DNA of 63,174 nucleotides, counting the filler, from Phoronis australis (lineage: Eukaryota > Animalia > Phoronida), in the NCBI GenBank assembly GCA_002633005.1. It is 9 parts of 9 records of this genome, joined end to end, with 100 filler letters (N's around TTAATTAATTAA, not from the genome) between each part and the next. Parts side by side here need not be neighbours in the genome. Positions count along the whole stretch, not along the records: positions 60,625 to 63,174 come from NMRA01003616.1; 8 more parts are not named here. One strand, 5' to 3'. The notes under the pieces were generated by a model, which was not told the origin of the DNA, searched no databases, and worked only from the letters and a program-made list of their open reading frames with translations. Shown here piece by piece: positions 60,924 through 63,174 of the stretch (positions within the stretch are counted from its first letter, which is position 1; the number at the start of each line of letters is the position of its first letter). A program made the position numbers and the translations under genes.

Positions 60924-61803
60924 AGGCGAAGGCAACCTTTTTTCATGTCACTTTTAGCAAAAACAAGGTCTGTTGATTATCCCAGACATATTTTCAACTT
61001 AATTACAGCTTTTCGTAATTTAACTAAATATTCGTTCTCTACTCCAGAAGTGACGTTTTGGGAGGCAAGCATTTCCCGCCAATTTCTTTACATATAGTCT
61101 GGCTATGAGAGCTGTCGCGTCAGTCATTGGTCTACCTCCGTTGTAATAAGTTCGGTCGTCGTTTGCTTTTGTTTACGAGTAAGTCAACATGCCACACTGT
61201 TGCTGTGTACCGGGATGTACTCATTATGGCCCAAAGCCTGTAAGCAGCCCTGCTGCGATGTTGAGTAGTGGAGTGAATACAGGTCCAGTCAGTGAAGAGT
61301 ACAGTTCGTCGTTCAATGAACAGATCGGTGAGCCAAACTTTGATAAGTTTACTGTGGACTTGTTTAAAGTATTGGAGCTATTTAGAAGGTGCCAGGTGTC
61401 TGGCGAGGGAGTCACACGGCGGGATGTAAGCAGTTTGTGTGCTCAGGTCACTATCCAGTGGGAGTGTGTCGCGGTACACTCGGGCAAATGGGACAGTTGT
61501 TCCTCTGTCCGTGAGACAATAATGCGTACATGTGGCATGTTGACTGACTCATAAACAATAGCAAACGACGACCGAACTTATCACAACCGAGATAGAACAA
61601 TGACTGACTCGGCAGCTCTCACAGTCAGACTATATGAAAAGAAATTGGCGCGAAATGCTTGCCTCCCAAAACCTCACTTCCGGAGTAGAGAACGAATAAT
61701 TAATTAAATTACAAAAAGCTGTAAATAAGTGGAAAATTTGTCTGGGATAACCGAAGAACCTTGTTTTTGCTAGAAAAAACATGGAAAAGGGTTGCCTTCG
61801 CCT
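60924..61803 (+). mobile_element. Kolobok-derived non-autonomous element, short subfamily, both ends present
   Basis: TTAA|AGGCGAAGGCAACC...GGTTGCCTTCGCCT|TTAA; internal ORF 61189-61554 with MPHCCCVPGC and LELFRRCQVSG...WECVAVHSGKWDS. Confidence 0.9.
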
Positions 61804-62249
61804 TTAAGAGAAGAACTGCTCTCCGTGTAAATAATCTGAATATACGTTTGAATTTATGTATTTATGTTTGAGTAAGCAAAGCCTACGATGCACAATAAAC
61901 ATTTAAAATTAAATTAAAATTGCAGCAGTGAACTTAGGGCCAGCATCCCAACACATGCACAAAATATTAGCTCTGTATGAAGTTTTTGAGTATATAGTGA
62001 TTTTTCATTTTCATATGGTTTTTATATGGAATCATTCTTAAAGTCCTAGTAGCACACGTTTTTAACCCTCATTAAATAGGATATATCAATATGTTATGTA
62101 AAATGGATTAGCATTTCTGTTCTCAATACCACTGCTTTACAAACAAAGAAGAGCAGACGTTTTCTAACACCATGGCTTCTTGGTTAGGATATATACCTAA
62201 CATATTCTTCCGCTTCTATCCGATAGTGTGAAAGTACTTCCGGTATGTA

Positions 62250-62365
62250 CTTTCCTTAAATCCCTTGTTACAGCACTATGGCAGCTAAACTGCATCTTAT
62301 TTTCAGCACTGCCTAGGTTACATATATCACAAATTCTCTCACTGGACACACGGTGTGCTCTCTCG
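62250..62365 (-). mobile_element. Short LINE ORF2 C-terminal zinc-knuckle remnant
   Basis: ERICDICNLGSAENKMQF...DLRK resembles the ERxCxxC...ExExHF..C....DLR end of CR1/L2-group ORF2. Confidence 0.55.
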
Positions 62366-63174
62366 CTCGACGATTGTCCATGCACTTGCAGGGCGGGTAA
62401 ATTCAATATCGTTGTTGCAACCAAAATGGCCGGAAAGAACTACGTGTAGGACGGAAGCGGACAATACCACTATTTGATATATAGAAAACGACCCATTTCT
62501 GTTGAAGATTTCGGAATCTGTTGATCAGACACGAGAAACAGGTGCTGAATGAGCAGCTCACAGGTGTGTACCGCACGCTATTCTGTTCCCTTAGGTTTGC
62601 GGGCGTCCTACCGTGTGTTACATTCACACTCTCTGCTTGCCGGCCCTTCTATATCTGCTGTCACTGCTTATTTCACTACCTATTGCCTGAAAGTGAGACG
62701 TGGTGGCCTCGAAATATAGCTAGTATTTTAATCTGTTTGTCCGTTAAATCGCTTGGCATTTTTTATCACAAATAAACGACGGAATATAGGAGATTGCGTA
62801 GAAAGTACGAACAGTAGGCCTATATATATTCCTAGGTGTCTGATAAAAAGTATAGTCATGCCTTCAACCAAGTTGGTGTCAGTGAAGGGCTTCTACCAAA
62901 CACAGATGTGGATTTGGTGAAGTTTGGCTGTTGGACTCAGGCAGTATCGATTTGTTCGTTCTGGACTTCAAACAATGAATTGAAGATTGCGGAATTCAAA
63001 AATGATATTCCGAATTCAGCTATCGAATTAACAATTTACATGAGCAAATGCATATTGTTATAATATCAGTATTAAAAAATAAGAAAATCTTTTTGGTGGT
63101 CAGTATAAAACACGTGGGAAAAGATAATCTTGCTCTCAATGTTGTATCCGTTTGCTAAATACGCATTTCGCGTC

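Noticed and set aside
62400-62470. YY1/ETS-like promoter motifs with an ATG
   Set aside because: The ATG frame stops after 7 codons and no downstream gene is visible.
1-63174. A single novel multi-gene system linking UGT, PPM1H, pseudo-PARP and NCKAP1
   Set aside because: The genes are on different contigs separated by artificial spacers and share no evident pathway.

Overview
Eukaryotic, AT-rich, intron-containing DNA from a draft animal assembly, most likely a bilaterian invertebrate (inference from gene and repeat content). The window is nine contigs joined by eight artificial 100-nt spacers (44N-TTAATTAATTAA-44N), plus two large N gaps, so adjacency across spacers is not sequence-verified. 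Host genes: an intronless-CDS UDP-glycosyltransferase (7205-8746, minus); eight coding exons of a PPM1H/J/M-type phosphatase (21036-29040, plus; 5' exons not found); a terminal exon with a degenerate PARP/ART domain and a proline-rich tail (55628-56711, minus); three internal NCKAP1 exons (58010-59369, plus); and two tandem 84-nt phase-1 exons encoding a mucin-like repeat. Much of the rest is repeats: four Kolobok-derived elements with THAP remnants, Helentron/DINE-like elements, an Academ-like remnant, pogo-like and hAT elements, hairpin MITEs, tRNA-derived SINEs, CR1/L2 LINE fragments and minisatellites. I see no clear-cut new multi-gene system. The best leads are a ZAP/PARP13-like Y-Y-V pseudo-ART, a UGT with the UGT2B10-type His-to-Leu change, repeat-borne arrays of CTCF-like motifs at ~150-nt spacing, Kolobok derivatives built from two copies of the same end, tandem exon duplication, and minisatellites that duplicate splice sites. 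All family assignments come from motif recognition by eye, not database searches.
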